Shown: positions 23,197 through 46,208 of the stretch, piece after piece
How positions within the stretch are numbered: position 1 is the stretch's first letter
Layout of the letters: each line of letters begins with the position of its first letter
From: the human T2T-CHM13v2.0 reference genome, Homo sapiens
Direction: 5' to 3' (one strand)
NCBI RefSeq assembly: GCF_009914755.1
Contig: NC_060938.1
Length of the DNA stretch: 64,000 bases
Notes under the pieces: generated by a model
The model's database searches: none
What the model saw: only the letters and a program-made list of their open reading frames with translations
Told to the model about the DNA's origin: nothing
Position numbers and translations under genes: made by a program

Positions 23197-23544
23197 TAGC
23201 ATAACCCTCCAGGGACTTCCCAGAACTTTGTCAGAAATTGAGTGCAGAAGCCAGGTCTCTCGTTGTCTACTGATAGCACCAGATAACCCCTTTCTGGGGT
23301 CACCTCACTCTAGGGTCTTGCACTTCTTCTGTGCCCTGGAGTCAGCCTTTGATGTTTGTAGCCTTTGCTTGAGGCCACTGTCTGAATAAACTCAAGTGTT
23401 CCAGATGAGAAGATACAGGAACAAGTTCACATAATAAGGCTATTCCCCATCACCACCTCCACTACCAATCAGCTGGAGCCTTGCAGCTCCCCCTGCTATT
23501 CCTTTCTCCACTGCTGCAGATTTCCAGGGCCCTGAGGAAAGGAG

Positions 23545-23620
23545 GACTCAGACTCTGCTCTTCAGATCCACACACTGATCCCAACTACAACCAGTGACCT
23601 GAACTTGGAGTCTGAGTAGG
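23545..23620 (+). other. EDDM3B: EDDM3B non-coding exon 1 (5' boundary approximate)
   Basis: Donor AGG|GTAAGA at 23621; acceptor cgcag| at 25246. Confidence 0.7.
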
Positions 23621-24228
23621 GTAAGAAGGGCTCTGCTGAGGATGTTTGGGGGACAGCCAGGAGCACTGAAAGGAGGCTGATTGAACTTTTAGATAGCAAA
23701 CAATGGAGAAGGATCCAAATCATGGAAAACAAAGGTGTGAATTCTGGTCAGCCTCAGTCCCACTGATACAGGCTTTCCCTGCCCCTCCCTTCCTTCACCC
23801 CCAGTCTTCTCAAACACAATGCATTAAAACCGCTTACATCCTGCTCTTCTATCCTCTGTAGGTCTTTATCATCAGGACAGGGTTCCACAGATAGGAAGTA
23901 CCGACCCTTTGTTCTGTGTCTGATGTGGACATTTGACATCATTAGAAGTGCTCTCAAATACATGCGTCTCATTAGACACTTGCAGGTCTGTAGGGAGCTA
24001 TTATTAAGTCCATCTGAGGACACCAATGCTCAGAGTTGTGAATCAGGTTAGAGATTCAGTAAGGGCGGGAACACTTCTCATGGTAAATGAGGACAGAGCA
24101 CTAGTTTAAACGGTAGACTCTTTCAAAAAGATCCCCACACTCCATGCTATCACCACAGAAGCCACTGTGGGGGCTCTTTTAGTCTTGGTGCTTGATTGAT
24201 TACAGGAATATTTCAAATCTGGAATTCT

Positions 24229-24535
24229 GGTTGGGTGTAGTGGCTCATGCCTGAGAATCCCAGCACTTTGGGAAACCGAGGTGGGTAGATTACTTGAGGC
24301 CAGGATTTTGATACTAGCCTGGCCAACATGGCGAAACATTGTCTCTACTAAAAAAAATACAAAAATTAGCTGTGTGTGGTGGCAGGCACCTATAATCTCA
24401 GCTACGTGGGAGGCTGAGACAGAGAATCTATTGAACCCTGGAGGTGAAGGTTGCAGTGAGCCAAGACTGTGCCACTGCACTCCAGCCTGGGTGACACAGT
24501 GAGACTCTGTCTCAAAAATAAATAAACAAATAAAA
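24229..24535 (+). mobile_element. Alu in EDDM3B intron
   Basis: Alu consensus; absent from EDDM3A intron. Confidence 0.95.
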
Positions 24536-25264
24536 ACCTCAAAACTGGAGTTATTTTATGATGACATTTTCAAGGAGCAGCTCTGACAAACCAAGATCAT
24601 TTGTAATAGTGATAATTAGGGGAATGACCCCTGAGAAGGAATATGGGTAGTTAGTAATGAACATACGTTCCACTCAGGCTTTGGAGAAAGTGTTATAAGG
24701 AAGTCAAGATTGGAGAAGCATCATTAAGTAATTGGAGAAGCAGGCAAGAAGTAATTGCAGGCTAGGCTGTCATTTTAGCGAATCGAAGCCTTCCTACCTA
24801 GGAACCACTTCCCAAGTAGTTACTCATTTTCTACATTTCCCTAAAATCTGACAACCCTTTCCACTTCAAGGACATAAACCTTAAAATATCATTCTCTTTT
24901 GGACACATGATCTCCTGAGAGTTGGTCTGGTAAAAAGGAGCCACCTGGAGGGTGATTGGCTCCTCAGGTTGGGTGTAAGAGAGGGATGAGAGGAGATGGT
25001 TGGAATTCTCAAAATGAACTTCATCTATTTTTTCTAATTATGTGTTTCGCTTACACAGGCTGAAGCGTGTTTTTAGTTCTTAGAAACTCTATTCTCTAAT
25101 GAGAATTATCATCTTCTCATCGGGGAACCAAATAGTAAAATTGCATCCAAGTGCCTGCCTGGTGGGGAAGGAATTTTAAGGTGGAGTTCAGCTCTCTGGG
25201 CATTGTCTGGATAATGCTTTTCTTTCTCTTCTCTGTGGACACGCAGGCGGCCCCGGTGACTGAG

Positions 25265-25708
25265 ATGGCATCGTCTGTAAAGATCTGGGGCACACTCTTG
25301 GCCCTACTTTGCATCCTATGCACACTGCTTGTACAGAGCAAAGAAGTTTCTTGGAGAGAATTCATGAAACAGCACTACTTAAGTCCAAGTCGAGAATTCA
25401 GAGAGTACAAATGTGATGTCCTCATGAGAGAAAATGAAGCTCTGAAAGACAAGAGCTCTCACATGTTTATCTATATCTCATGGTACAAAATCGAGCATAT
25501 ATGCACTAGTGACAACTGGATGGATCGCTTCCGAAATGCATATGTATGGGTCCAGAATCCTCTCAAAGTACTCAAGTGTCACCAGGAGAATTCCAAAAAT
25601 AGCTACACAGAGAGCAGGAGCTTCAACTACATTGAATTCCATTGTAGCATGGACGGGTATGTTGATAGCATAGAAGACCTAAAGATGGTAGAACCTATCG
25701 GCAACTAG
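25265..25708 (+). CDS. EDDM3B: Epididymal secretory protein E3-beta (HE3-beta/FAM12B), 147 aa
   Basis: Signal peptide MASSVKIWGTLLALLCILC; 100/147 aa identical to EDDM3A by hand count; protein recognised. Confidence 0.96.
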   Translation: MASSVKIWGTLLALLCILCTLLVQSKEVSWREFMKQHYLSPSREFREYKCDVLMRENEALKDKSSHMFIYISWYKIEHICTSDNWMDRFRNAYVWVQNPLKVLKCHQENSKNSYTESRSFNYIEFHCSMDGYVDSIEDLKMVEPIGN

Positions 25709-26042
25709 AAAGTCTATGCACGTCCTCAGGTATTGGTAGAGTATTCAGTGCTTTCTAAGTAGCAGCCCCTGCCTCCATCAATAGTCCTACCACTCCCCTC
25801 TTGCATTTATTTGTCAGTGTTTTCCAAATACTTAGAGTTATGAATAGCATAATTTCTTGATACCATAACTTTGCCTGTGTTGTTTCTCTGCCTGGAATAC
25901 ACTTTTGTCTTCATTTACCTAATTTACTCTTATACTTTTGTCGACATTCAGCTCATATGGCTTCTGTTCTTGATTAACCCAAGACTTTCCTGATATTGAC
26001 TCTCTTGATACATACCCAAGCTGAACAATCTTCCCTTCCCTA

Positions 26043-26048
26043 AATAAA
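26043..26048 (+). terminator. EDDM3B polyadenylation signal AATAAA
   Basis: Same position as the EDDM3A signal; GT-rich downstream. Confidence 0.8.
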
Positions 26049-27133
26049 TTATATGACTCCAATGTGTGTGACATTCATATATGTTATGTGCACAGAGTGA
26101 GTATAGTGTGATTGATATGGGTGTGTGTGATCTAGACTATGCATGTGATTGATGCTGTGCAAGGGATTGAAGGTGTATTTTATGGGTGCATATCTAATGT
26201 ATGTAATATGTTTGTGTATATGATGAGGGTATGAATGATTGTGTGCTTAGTTCAAGACAAGTTGTGATGTAGGCATTGATTGCAGCATCAATTTGAAATA
26301 ATCAAAAGTGTCAGAATCCAGTTTTAAAGAGTTGATTCAAGCAAAAGGCTAGGAGTGGCCATTCGGTAACACACAGACTCCACAGAAATGGAGTCAGTGT
26401 TCCAAAGCTGAAAATTAAGTTCTTGCTTATGTAGGAAAAAGACAAAAGAATTTAACAGGATTACAACAATTTCTATAACAGCTGGTTTAAGAGTTACAAC
26501 AAATTAATTAGTTACAGTTTGTCCCCCAAGTCTTCTTTTCTTTTCTTTATAGCTTGTTTTCATTTCCTTTCCAATTTAAAAGAGTTTATTTAACATTCCA
26601 TCTTAATGTGATAGCGATGAAGTCTTTCTAAGAGGAAAGAGGGAAGTTACTCTATCATGAAGATCAACAGTGGAGAGGGAAGGAGTCTTCCCCTGTACCC
26701 TTCAGTAATTTACAACATTTCACCGAACAATGCAGGTAAGAAAGAAGGTTTAATCTATAAACATAGAAACCACGGTTACAGCTGCCTTGGTTACAGTGGC
26801 CTGGCCTGTGACTGAGGCCCCCAAATCACATTTCTTTAAGGTTAAAAATAATTTAGAGTTCCAACAACTGGGTCGTTAGATTGCTTATTTTCACAGTGGT
26901 GACATGCTTTAGTTCCATTCAGATTTTGGGGCACTGGCAGAACTCACTGGGTGTAAAACATGTAGCATGGTTTCTTGCTCATAGTAGGTGCTCAGTGAAA
27001 ATTGCTTCTTTTCTCAACTCATTATTTGGCTTAGTACTTTCATTTTGACTTTGATAAACAAACATAACAAGTGCTCATCAATCATTTGATCTCCCTAACT
27101 CTAGAGATGGGGATTTATAAAATAAAAATACAT

Positions 27134-29590
<2,457 letters not shown>

Positions 29591-30948
29591 ATTGGTTCAC
29601 AAGCAGGTTAAGTGGATTGTGCCACTGACTCCAGCCAGCCTCAAAAAAAAAAAAAAAAAAATAGGGTTCACAAGCAGGTCGAGAAATTCTGTTTGCTAAT
29701 TGCAGGAGTGAGATGCAAAGTAAGAAATGTTTACTTCATACAATTCTCCCTGGAGCAGTATGGGCCAGGGAAAATGCTAAACAATAAAGTACCTTGTGTT
29801 CTTCAGACTCCTACAATGTGGAATGACTCTGGCCTTGAAACAATTAAAGAAAAACCAAAGTGTCAACATTATTTATTAAGTGACTGCACACTTTCCTATA
29901 ACTCTAGTAGCCAGCGTATAAGGCAGTTCCTCAGCTTTGCAATTTTTGAGTGCACCTGGGGAGGAGCAGACACCTGGGGATGACAATCTCTACCAACCAA
30001 ACTCAGAAGAGACTAGTATTAAACCAGTAGCTCTGCATGTAGGATCAATATACATATGAGAAGAAACAATACTGTTTGTTTTTCTCAGTTGACAAACGCT
30101 CTTCAAAATGTATGTAGGGAAGGAAAAAATTTTCCTTCTACCCCTTTGGTTCTTGGCTGGGGCCACCGAAACAAAAGTCAGATTAACAAGAGAAAAATAG
30201 AAGTTTAGTAACATGTGCATCTCATGCATACATGAGAGAAATTCAGAAAGCAACTCAAAGAGGTGGCTAGAACTTGGGCTTAAATGCCTTCCGCTAAAGC
30301 AAAGGAAGAAGCATGTCGGGGAGCAACTTACAGGGGGATGACCAGGAAAAGTACAGTAAACAAGGGAAAGCTTTCTCATGCAGATTTAAGTCAGTACCTT
30401 CTCCGCTGATAAGGGTTTCTTTTGATTTAGAGTCACCTTTCTCTTTCTGGTGAAGAAAGGGAGACATCCTTACAAATGAAGATTTCCCTTATAAACGCAA
30501 ATGTCCCTTACAAAACAGCAACGTGCACTCTATTTTCAGAGTTTGTCTTGTGTATACTGCTTCTCAAAATAAGCAGTTCAAAATAATATTCATAATAAAG
30601 AAGCATATTTTGGGGTGGCATATTCTGGTCTCCTATAGTAGATTCTCACAAATACCTCATTTAAGTAACTCTTTAAAACTTGCTTTTATTAAAGGGTTAG
30701 CAGATGGTTGTTCAAAATAGTATAGGAGGAAAGTAGATTTAAGGGCAATTAGTAATAGCTTTGTGTTGTTTCTCTGGCTTTCCCGGTGGTCCACCCCTTA
30801 TTTGGATAGCTGCATATTGACTCTCCTTAGGTATCTACCCTTCCTCTTTTGTGTGTAGTATTGGTGAGGCTGTCCACTAAGGTCTGCAGTCCCCTCTACT
30901 GAGCCAAGCGATGGTTATGAGATCCAAGCTAGCCTAACTGAAGTCTCA

Positions 30949-35145
<4,197 letters not shown>

Positions 35146-35678
35146 AGACATTATGTTTATTCTGCAGACATTTGGAGCCATAAAAGCATGGGGCAAGAGT
35201 GTTGTACTATTATATCTTGTTCAAAAAAAGACTAATCTGGAAGTAATATGTAGAATGGATTGGAAGGAGAAAAAAACAAGGCAAGGAGTCCATGTGGGAG
35301 GCTTTTATGTGAGCCCTCCATAAGACAATGAGTTTCTGAATAAGGGTGTTGCAGTACCAGTGAAAAGGTAAGAACAGATTCAAGAGGCAAATATCCTAAA
35401 TTCGGCCTTCTTCTTCAGGCTTACAGGTCTTTTCATACACAATTCTGTCTTTGGGAGGCGCTTAACACTCTCTTCACCTAACTTCTAATTATTCCTCAAA
35501 ATTCAGTTCAGGTGTTGTGCCCTCCAACAATCCTTCCCCTCTACTATCTTCCCGTAGCCTCCTGCAGTGTCCTCCATCACACTGTAAGTGCTATTTATAT
35601 TAATATAATCTACTTGTCTATATACTTACCTGCCTGTCTCTAATCTCTTTCATTAAATCATGAGCTCCTGGCAGATCA

Positions 35679-36040
<362 letters not shown>

Positions 36041-36109
36041 TCATATTTATGTGACATATTTTCTCTTAAGAAACAGGAATCATAAAGCTTCAAAAAAAAA
36101 CACTGAAGC

Positions 36110-36360
36110 CTCAGATGAGGCAGGAAGCACTCATTCCATATCAGGAAGTGATCAGTTCCTCAAAACTGTGAGTTTTCAGTCATGTTGTTTCTTTAAGTTG
36201 GTTTAGCCTTCCTGTATACATGTGATAATGATACTGTTTTAAAGAACAGGTGTGAAAGTCTAAGAGTTTAATCCAGACTCTGCACAAGAAGTTAATCTGC
36301 CAAACCCTAGGATTCTCCTTCTGAAAGCTCAGAATATTTCTTCCCCTTCCCTATACACAC
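36110..36360 (+). promoter_or_regulatory. RNASE6 proximal promoter with ETS/PU.1-like sites
   Basis: CAGGAAGC at 36121, CAGGAAGTG at 36142, inverse AGGGGAAG at ~36340; fits known myeloid expression; function inferred. Confidence 0.45.
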
Positions 36361-36459
36361 AGGGCTCGAAGGGTTAGAGAAGAAAGGCAGACAACAGCTT
36401 CTGAGCTTTGGACTAATCACAGCCTCTGTTCTCAGCAGGAGCCCCAACACTGAGACCAG
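36360..36459 (+). other. RNASE6: RNASE6 non-coding exon 1 (5' boundary approximate)
   Basis: Donor CAG|GTAAGA at 36460; acceptor tctctttctacacag| at 36815, 5 nt before ATG. Confidence 0.75.
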
Positions 36460-36820
36460 GTAAGAAAGAAAGCCTCAGGGCTGGAGCGAGTAGAGCAGTA
36501 AAGACGGCTGGGAGGTAGTGGTCAGATAGAGGGTAAATATTTCAGGAGGGAAGAGGGAAGAAACTTTCTGATATGACAGCCATCAAATGCATGAGTACTT
36601 GTGAAAGAAAATGGGATATGCCAATCAAAGGAGAGGTCATATTTCTGTTTCCTGGGCTTCAGGTTCTTCATAGAATTGTGAGACTATGTGAGAAAGAAGA
36701 TTTTAAAGGGAGCTGTAAAATCTTAAAAGGCAAAATAAAAATCTAAATAGTTATGATTAAAAATTTTGCTCTTATTGCTTCTCCTACTATAACTATCTTC
36801 TCTCTTTCTACACAGAAAAG

Positions 36821-37273
36821 ATGGTGCTATGCTTTCCTCTTCTTTTACTGCTGCTGGTTCTATGGGGACCAGTGTGTCCACTTCATGCTTGGCCTAAGCG
36901 TCTCACCAAGGCTCACTGGTTTGAAATTCAGCATATACAGCCAAGTCCTCTCCAATGCAACAGGGCAATGAGTGGCATCAACAATTATACCCAGCACTGT
37001 AAGCATCAAAATACCTTTCTGCATGACTCTTTCCAGAATGTGGCTGCTGTCTGTGATTTGCTCAGCATTGTCTGCAAAAATCGTCGGCACAACTGCCACC
37101 AGAGCTCAAAGCCTGTCAACATGACTGACTGCAGACTCACTTCAGGAAAGTATCCCCAGTGCCGCTATAGTGCTGCTGCCCAGTACAAATTCTTCATTGT
37201 TGCCTGTGACCCCCCTCAGAAGAGCGATCCCCCCTACAAGTTGGTTCCTGTACACTTAGATAGTATTCTCTAA
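36821..37273 (+). CDS. RNASE6: Ribonuclease K6 precursor, 150 aa
   Basis: Signal peptide; [12 protein letters not shown] signature, PVHLD; 8 Cys in mature chain; catalytic His15/Lys38/His122. Confidence 0.99.
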
Positions 37274-37560
37274 GGCATCCACTGCATTTCCTTTCATTTG
37301 ACATAGCTTCTGTTACAATTGCATCCACGTTTTCTTTTCTTTTGTTGATTTTCTTGTTCCCGTAGAAGAAAGAAGAAAGGTGTTTGGAGAATTCGAGTGC
37401 CTAGGATGCCAGACCAGAGTTGAGACAAAAAGAAATAAGATTATTTTCTGCTTTGTAGTTCTGTACTTTTCGAGAGAAGGGAATAGGGAAGACAGCAAAG
37501 AAAGATTCAGATTTCTAACCCTGCAACTTTTGCCAAGCTTTATTGCCCTGTGTTCACAGC

Positions 37561-37566
37561 AATAAA
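37561..37566 (+). terminator. RNASE6 polyadenylation signal
   Basis: AATAAA ~290 nt after stop; GT-rich downstream. Confidence 0.8.
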
Positions 37567-38043
37567 ACCACTTCCTGCTGCATTCTAATGAGTGTGTGTT
37601 TGAGATCCGCTTTCAAAGCATTGTTGACCGGTACTCAAAGGAACACTGTTTTGACTTTAAGTCCCTAGAAAACTTTTGAGGCCTCCCTGGGGCCCCACTT
37701 CCTTGCCCACAAGAAAGGACAGCGTTTGGGACTTTGGAGCATTTCTTCAAACTCTGCTCATGACTTTATATATTCCCCTGGAAACCATTGTCTATGCTTA
37801 ATTGGAGGTAGTACTGATACCTCAAAGACAGTTGATGATAATTCACACATAGATTCTGTCACTGGCAACTGAAGGATCCTATGTCTTTTCTATTTGTTTC
37901 CGTTTTTAATCAGATAATGTTTTAAATATAAGGTGATAGTAGTAGTAATAGGGATAATAATCCATTGTAGTAACCTTAGGGTCAATCCTCCATTATTTAT
38001 TGAAATGGATAAATAGAAAGCATAGATCAAGAAAAAAGCACTA

Positions 38044-38685
<642 letters not shown>

Positions 38686-39984
38686 AAAGCACTAGGAAAC
38701 TAAAAACATTCTAGTCCTATGTAAATACTGAAATACCACAGAAGTATTGGGGTTTTGGAACAGAACATGAACTAAGCCATTTCACAGAAGGAACTTCAGT
38801 TTCCTTGTCAACCTCTAGAGTCATTGGGCTAGTGGGCCAGTGTAAATCCCAAGTGCTTTGTACAGTGATGAGTCTTCAAGTAGCAGCCAAAGACAATGAA
38901 GTTTTTTTGAAAAGGCTACATATTGTAGTGTCTTCATTACCTGTGCTGCAAATGATTCTTTCCAAGCCAGACTATTAGTTTAATAGATATGCTAACTCAG
39001 CTCACCTTCCTTTACGCTACACATTTATGTCATATCTTAGGAACAAAGAATGGAATATGAGGTTTCAGGAGCCTGGATTCCAGGGTGATGACTGATCAAG
39101 GGCCCTCCCATTGGGAAGAGATTAGCAGGTCAGGGCAATATGGCACCTAAGAAGGTGGGTACCTTATAGAGGGAATCCTACAGTGGGACTTGAGTGCTCT
39201 AACTCAAAGCAGCTTTCAGTTGTATTCAGCTTTAAGCCATGTTGCATTTACATTTTATTGTCTCAGAGTCTTCATGTAAAGTGTGGTGGAATGGCAGGGA
39301 GAATCTGTGCTCACGTTTGGTATGAACAAGTATACGAAAGTAGCAGCATCTGAAAGGAAAGGGGTTGAATGGATTTATATGAACATTACCTGGAAATTGC
39401 CAGAGATTCTTAAAGGTAATCTAGTAAAACCAAACAACTCAATTGCTCATGCTATTGTTATTTATATAGTAAAGGTATCTCATGGATTGAATACATCTGT
39501 GCTGCAAAAATTTTTCAACTGTCAGAAACATTAGGGAACATGAAATGTTACTTAAAATTAGTGAAATAAATTGTGAGGTCTAAAATACTGCAAATATTTT
39601 GTAACAAATGGTTAAAAACAAAAATATAATGAGTGCCATCTTTTGAAGAGATTTGCAGCAACAATATCTAATCTTCCCCACCCTCCCATGACAAACCTAT
39701 CCCCAACAACAATTAGAGTCACTTTTTGTTGCTGATCAAGGAAAAGGCAACAATGAGGGTAACTTTTCAACAATCTATTATGCCCAAACTTTTAGAAGGT
39801 ATTAGTTCTAAACAAGTGGAATAGACTGGGATGGAATCTCTCATAGATTTATTTTCTTTTCTACATGCAGTTATGTATTGCAGAAGTTCAATACATAATT
39901 GCTAAGAAGTTCACTTAGATATATCCCTAGAATATACAGAATGATCCCAAAGCAGGCAAAGCTTAGAAGTGAATTCAGCAGATG

Positions 39985-40940
<956 letters not shown>

Positions 40941-40985
40941 GTCTTCTAGACTATTCAATGGATCTTGTCCTTTGGCTGTGGCTGA

Positions 40986-41366
<381 letters not shown>

Positions 41367-42670
41367 CGTAATGAATTCTTAATATTCCTTTCTGTGCCCT
41401 GTTTCAGTCTTTTTCTGCAATGTACTCATTTCCTCTGCTTTTCTTTTTCACACAGTAAGTAGACAGTCATCCCTTTCCATCTCACTTTCTAATTTTCTCT
41501 GAAATATTATTTATTTTTGAAGGGATTCTGACTGATCCCATCCATAGATCAGACATGACCATCGGACAGAATCACATTGCAAAAAATAGCTTCCAGGAGC
41601 CTTTCTTGTGGACCATGCAGAAGAGAGGCTTAGAGAGAACTGCCCTTAAGGCTGGCCAAATGGGGTCTCTGGCCTCGCCTGTTCCTCAGGCACCCCGTTG
41701 CATCTTGGAATACCCTTCTCAACATTTTCTAAGTCTCTCATCAGTGGCTGCAGTCAGCCCAGGCTGGTAGTGCCTGGCCTGAGATCCGCATGGGATCCTA
41801 TTCTCTTTCTCTCCTTTGGGGCTTTCTCCCACCCTCAACCCTTCCTTCCAGCACAGGAAGCCCTAAGGAGCTTCAGGACTCATGTCTGTAGTGTTGTCTT
41901 GGGGCCAGGACTGGTTCCAGGTGAGTTAGCCCTGGTTAGAGATGTCATAGTTCCCAGAGAAAAGGGGCTAGATAGACAATTCAATACTTTTTCTTTAACC
42001 ACACAGTGTGGAAACAGAAATTGAATAACAATGTACTCTTGAGGAATAGAGGAAAGTTTATTTTAAGACAGGAGGATGTGGGACCAGTAAAAACATTAAA
42101 CCACTTTTACAGCTGTACTTAGTGAGTTAGGTGGATATTTTAATTAATTTCGTCTGAAAAGAAATTATACAATCTAAAACTGATTTTATTGATTCTTTTG
42201 ATACTGTGAATATTTCTTCAAGTCATCTTTTTAATTTGTAAAGTTATTTTTGAAAATGCCATTTTATCTAGACAGTGCTAATAAAAACAAGAAAGTGTTT
42301 GTCCACATTTGAGTCAAGATTGCAAAAAACCCCACAAAAACCCAGGTGTAGGGGTGGCAATAGCAGAGCCAAAGAGCTTCGCAAGGAGGAGAAGCAGAAG
42401 CTCGTGGGGATGGGAAGTCTTTGGGGGCTCTTCATACTTGATGGATTTCGTCAAGTTTTTCCCTTGCTCTCTCTCATGAGTTCACTTCATTTTTAATGGG
42501 ATTATTTACTTTTCAAAAATTAAACAATCCAGATAAATACAATATACTAGTGGCATGCAAAAGAAATAAATATTAAGTGTTTCATTTGCTTAAAATTTTA
42601 AAATAAATAAAATATAAAAACATTGGGGTCCATTTTATTCCTTTCTGGTAATTCTTCTTAACTCTTCTCA

Positions 42671-43016
<346 letters not shown>

Positions 43017-43444
43017 TCAGTCCTTTTTTTGTACTCTTTAAGTATAATACATTCATAAGCAAAATGTAGTGTTTCAGTGTGCAATTTTAATACATTTGTA
43101 TAAATACTATCATAAGGTACGTATCATTCTGCAACTAGTTTTTTTCACCCAACAGTGTTTCCAAGACTCATCAATATTAAAATGTGTATTTGTTGTTCCT
43201 TTATTTTTATTGATTCATTATTTTCCCCTCTGTATTAGTATACCACCATTTATTTATCTGTGTTCTGGTGGATATTTAGGATGTTTCCAAATTTTCACTC
43301 TAACAAGCAATGTTGCAATGAGTATCTTTGTACATTTCTCCGTGTGCACATGTGGTAAATTTTCACTAATATATGCCCAGATGTGGAATTGCTAAGCCAT
43401 ATTCATGTCCAATTTTACCAAATATTGCCATATTTTCTTCAAAC

Positions 43445-44310
<866 letters not shown>

Positions 44311-45413
44311 ACTGAAGCATTGATTGTACAATTTCATATTCAGAAACTATGGTATATGAGATTTTCTTTTTCTATATTCTATCTGTAGCAAAACACGACA
44401 TGGTTATACTCCTACATTTTTGCCAATCTGATGGCTATGAAATAGCACAGTGTTTTTTTAAAAAGAAAAAAAATAGCCCACCATTATTCCATTATTGTTC
44501 TGTAGGAAAAAACAGCAACGACCACAGATGTTATCAGTGTCATTACATCCTCAGTTCCAAAAACAACAGCAACAGCAAATCCTCAGTTTCTAGCACAATG
44601 CCTGCCACTAGTAGGTTTTTAAGCAATATTTGCTGAATGTAGGAATTAGTAAGTGCCACTGTTTGCTCAACTCTATTCTAAGTGGTTTACGTAACTTGAT
44701 TTCCTTAATCTACACATTAACTTTAATGAGCATACTTATCTTCATTTTGTAAATATTGAATAGTCTTCAGGAGATGAAGGCATTTAAATGAGGTCATATT
44801 TATAAGTGGCACTTATAATTGGCAGAGCTTGAATTCAGACACAAAGCCCTTTCCCTTTCTCTTTTACATTAAGGCCCAAAGAAGCTTACAAATTATATAA
44901 CAACACTTTTTTAAAGAATTATATTTTATTCCACTTACTACTTTATTTTTGTCTTTCATCAAATATTTGCCCTTTATGGGTCACTCAGATTGCCACTACA
45001 TAATTTATATCAGAGTTGTTCCCGAGCTAGTTGACAGCCCTCTCAAGAAACAAGCTATAACATACTTGGTTCTCTTTAATCAGTAGGATGTCTCAAGGCA
45101 GCCCAGTGTTTTTAAGACAGCTGTAGATTCTCTGTATATCATTTAATCATTATTCATTTATTCATTCAAAAATTTACTATGTGACCAGGCTGCATTGAGA
45201 GCTACTGATATAATGATGGACAAAGAGTCATGGTCTTTGTTTTCATGGAATTTGGGGTCTAGTAGGGGAAATAGATATTAACCCAATAATCACTCAATTT
45301 GAGTCAATTCTAGAAAGAAAGTGTATACAAAGTTATGAGACCATCAAGAAGGAATATGAGTAAGTTTAGAGGGTCTGGAATGACTTCCCTGAAGAAATGA
45401 TGCCACTTGACTC

Positions 45414-46208
45414 TGAGACAGGAGGGGGCAAGGAAGTGCTGGGTAGAGAAGGGTGGGTCCCTGGCTAGGGCTCCACCTCCAGGCCTGTGCCCACCCACCT
45501 AGGTGAGGACAGGCATTTGTTTTTGTGCCCAAATGTTGCATTTTCCAAGACCACCCTGGCCCACCATGTCCCCATCCTGTGCCTATAAAAACCTCGAGAC
45601 CCTAGTGGGCACAGACAGAAGCGGCTGGACGTCGAGAGGATCACACCACTGGAAGAACACACGAGCTGCTAGATGTCGAGAGGAGCATGCTGGCAGGAGA
45701 ACACACCGACAAACACCAGCAGATGCTGGCATGCCATCCACCGGTGGAACGACGTGGACGCCGAGGGGAATTTGGTGCTGGGCAGCCTGACTCCAGGGGA
45801 AAACCAGCTTCCCACTCCTTCCCTCTTCTGGCTCCCCATTCATCTGCTGAGAGCTACCACCACTCAACAAAAAACCTTGCACCCATCCTCCAAGCCCACA
45901 CGTGATCCAATTTTTCCAGTACACTAAGACAAGAACCCCAGGATACTGAAAGCCCTCTGTCCTTGAGATAAGGCAGAGGATCTAATTGAGCTCATTAACA
46001 CAAGCCACCTGTGGATGGCTAAACTGAAAGAATGCACTGCAACACATGCACACTGGGGCCTCAAGAGCTGTAAACACTGAACCCTAGACACTGCTGTGGG
46101 GTCAGAGCCCCACAACCTGCCCGTCTGCATGCTCCTCCTAGGGTATGAGCAGCAGGGTACCAAAGAAGTGAGCCCTGGGAGGGGGATAAGGGAACTTTTC
46201 CCATTTCA
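45414..46208 (+). mobile_element. LTR1-like solo LTR inside an L2 fragment
   Basis: tgagacagg...gggaacttttcccatttca; TATAAAA at 45584; GC-rich body. Confidence 0.8.

Noticed and set aside
44800-44818. Palindrome ttataagtg-g-cacttataa
   Set aside because: Only 9-bp AT-rich arms in a decayed repeat; too short to interpret
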